From the NCBI GenBank assembly GCA_965219345.1, contig OZ244732.1:1088001-1152000 (forward strand): a DNA stretch of 64,000 bases. The letters run 5' to 3'. The notes beneath the pieces were generated by a model that searched no databases, had not been told where the DNA came from, and saw only the letters and a program-made list of their open reading frames with translations. The stretch is from Nitrosopumilus sp. GTDB lineage: Archaea > Thermoproteota > Nitrososphaeria > Nitrososphaerales > Nitrosopumilaceae. This document shows, one piece after another, positions 62,070 to 64,000 of this stretch. The stretch's first letter is position 1. Each line of letters starts with the position of its first letter. The position numbers and the translations under genes were made by a program.

Positions 62070-62927
62070 TTATTTCCTAACGTAATTTAGAGCAAATTCT
62101 ATCATTTCTTTTGGAATGTTTCGTTGTGCAACTCTTGCTAATCCTTTGAATTCAACTGTATTGTTGACTTCGTGTACAACTAAGCCTCTTTCATCATCTT
62201 CCATCATGTCGATTCCTAAAATTCCGCCACCCATGGCTTTTGATGCTTTCATTGCCATATCCTCCATCTCTTTTGTGATCTCACAAAGTTCTGGATCTGC
62301 TCCAAGTGCTATGTTTGTCTTAAACCCACCTGATGATTTTCTGTACATGGCTGCAATAGCCTCGTCCCCTATTGTGATTACTCTGATGTCCCTTGGTGGC
62401 CTTTTGATTAATTCTTGCAAGTAGTAAATTCTATCGTGTGGGCTATCTGTAATATTTCTTATTTCAAGAACTGCATCCATAGTATCTTTGTCTTTAATTG
62501 GCATTACCCCCCTGCCCCAACTTCCTATTACTGGTTTGATAACTAGAGGATATCCAACTTTTTCTAAATTCTCCGCTGCACTTTTACTGGAAAATGAAAA
62601 GTATGTTTTTGGTGTTGGAATGTTATTTTTTTTCAAAAGCAAAGTCATAAACATCTTATTTCCACAAACGTTTGCAACATCAAATTTGTTTAGAACTGGA
62701 ATGTCCATAAATTCCAGACTTGCAGTAAAGTGAAGTCCTCTAAAATAACTGACACATCTTTCTAAAACAACATCTCCAAGGTCATAGTCTTCTTTTTTAC
62801 TATCTGTGTTAACTTGAGTGATCTTTGCATCTAACATCACTGCATCATGTCCCAGATCTGATGCCTCTTTCTGAAGCATTTTTTCTTCCGTTCTTAGACG
62901 GTCAAATACGATACATACTTTTGACAT
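62070..62927 (-). CDS. argX: Second LysW ligase; ArgX by context
   Basis: ATP-grasp paralogue downstream of argG and the second lysW; substrate assignment is inferred from context only. Confidence 0.75.
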   Translation of the reverse strand: MSKVCIVFDRLRTEEKMLQKEASDLGHDAVMLDAKITQVNTDSKKEDYDLGDVVLERCVSYFRGLHFTASLEFMDIPVLNKFDVANVCGNKMFMTLLLKKNNIPTPKTYFSFSSKSAAENLEKVGYPLVIKPVIGSWGRGVMPIKDKDTMDAVLEIRNITDSPHDRIYYLQELIKRPPRDIRVITIGDEAIAAMYRKSSGGFKTNIALGADPELCEITKEMEDMAMKASKAMGGGILGIDMMEDDERGLVVHEVNNTVEFKGLARVAQRNIPKEMIEFALNYVRK

Positions 62928-63094
62928 TACTCTCCCCAGTCTTCGCCTACGCTTTCTGCTTGCTTAAGCTCAACATTTGATCCGTCTTTTTTTGAGATTT
63001 CAAAGTCAGCACCACAATCAGGACAGGAGATTATTTCTCCAACTGAGGCATCGTCTGGGATGTTTAGTGTTGCATCACATTCTGGGCAGTTCAT
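62927..63094 (-). CDS. lysW: Second LysW/ArgW carrier, canonical EDWGE end
   Basis: Below the ORF-track cutoff: MNCPECDATLNIPDDASVGEIISCPDCG...ESVGEDWGE*. Confidence 0.92.
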   Translation of the reverse strand: MNCPECDATLNIPDDASVGEIISCPDCGADFEISKKDGSNVELKQAESVGEDWGE

Positions 63095-64000
63095 ATTTTT
63101 GTTGACCTTTTCTTTTGTAATTTATTAGCTTCTGTTGATTGCAATCCCCACAATTCTACAAATCCTTTGGCTAATCTTTGATCAAATGTTGATTCTGATC
63201 CATATGTAGCAATATCATGATTGTACAATGAATTCTTGGATTTTCTTCCAACCACTCTTAGGCTCCCTTTGTACAGCTTGAGTTTCACACTTCCTGATAC
63301 TGGCTTTTGTGATGTCTCGATAAATCCATCCAAATCTGCTTTGAGAGGGTCTTGCCAAAGTCCTGAATATACCAAATAAGCCCATTCATCATCTATTAGT
63401 GACTTGAATTTGTTTTCATGTTTGGTATGAACCATCTTTTCTAAATCTGCATGCGCTTCAATCAAACAAGCTGCTGCGGGAGTTTCATATACTTCACGGG
63501 ATTTAATTCCAACAACTCTATCTTCAATATGATCAACTATTCCGACACCTGCAGCACCAGCTTTTTTGTTGATGTATTCAATAAGTTTTTGAGAATCCAA
63601 TACCTTTCCATCAGCTCCAACTGGGATTCCTTTTTCAAATTTAATTTCCAAATATGTTGGTTTGTCTGGCAAGTTTTTTGTTTTAACCCAAATAAATGCA
63701 TCCTCAGGCGGTTCATTGTATGGATCTTCCAACACCCCTCCTTCAATAGCACGTCCCCACAGGTTTTGATCAATACTAAATTTTTTTGCAACAGAATCAA
63801 TTTCAATTCCATGTTTCTTTGCAAACTTTAATTCGGTATCCCTGTCCAAGTTTTTGTCTCGAATTGGAGCTATGATGGGAAGGTTAGATCCAGAACGTAA
63901 TGAAATATCAAATCGCACTTGATCATTTCCTTTACCTGAACATCCATGTGCTAGTGATGTTACTTTTTCCTTTTTAGCAATCTCTAAAACTTTTTTTGCA
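63091..64000 (-). CDS. argG: Argininosuccinate synthase (5' end outside the window)
   Basis: HGCSGKGNDQVRF upstream of 63918; SIDQNLWG, GIKSREVYE. Confidence 0.95.
   Translation of the reverse strand, partial: AKKVLEIAKKEKVTSLAHGCSGKGNDQVRFDISLRSGSNLPIIAPIRDKNLDRDTELKFAKKHGIEIDSVAKKFSIDQNLWGRAIEGGVLEDPYNEPPEDAFIWVKTKNLPDKPTYLEIKFEKGIPVGADGKVLDSQKLIEYINKKAGAAGVGIVDHIEDRVVGIKSREVYETPAAACLIEAHADLEKMVHTKHENKFKSLIDDEWAYLVYSGLWQDPLKADLDGFIETSQKPVSGSVKLKLYKGSLRVVGRKSKNSLYNHDIATYGSESTFDQRLAKGFVELWGLQSTEANKLQKKRSTKI

Overview
AT-rich archaeal chromosome segment from an ammonia-oxidising thaumarchaeon (Nitrosopumilus-like). Diagnostic genes are type IB topoisomerase, the adjacent 3-hydroxypropionyl-CoA synthetase/dehydratase pair, a PEFG-CTERM protein and a LysW-dependent Lys/Arg cluster with two lysW and two lysX/argX copies. 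Intact core blocks (1-6.5 kb, 12-17 kb, 20.6-30 kb in part, 48-64 kb) are interrupted by accessory DNA: (1) a decayed integrase island at an intron-containing tRNA-Met; (2) a convergent [PD-(D/E)XK nuclease-DGQHR] + [DNA methyltransferase with an extra C-terminal domain] pair, the best candidate for an undescribed defence system; (3) a divergent DUF5131 radical SAM + TcmP pair; (4) an ~18 kb island (30-48 kb). That island holds toxin-antitoxin modules, two start-less hsdS half-cassettes around a palindromic recombinase-type site, fused remnants of hsdR/hsdS/cas1/CRISPR, a 2305-aa propeller-plus-stalk surface protein facing a partner gene across a G15 tract, a 36/38/36-bp repeat-spacer-repeat unit and an IS481 remnant. 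Many accessory genes are frameshifted, suggesting genome erosion (possibly a host-associated lineage). All family assignments come from motif recognition by eye, not from database searches.
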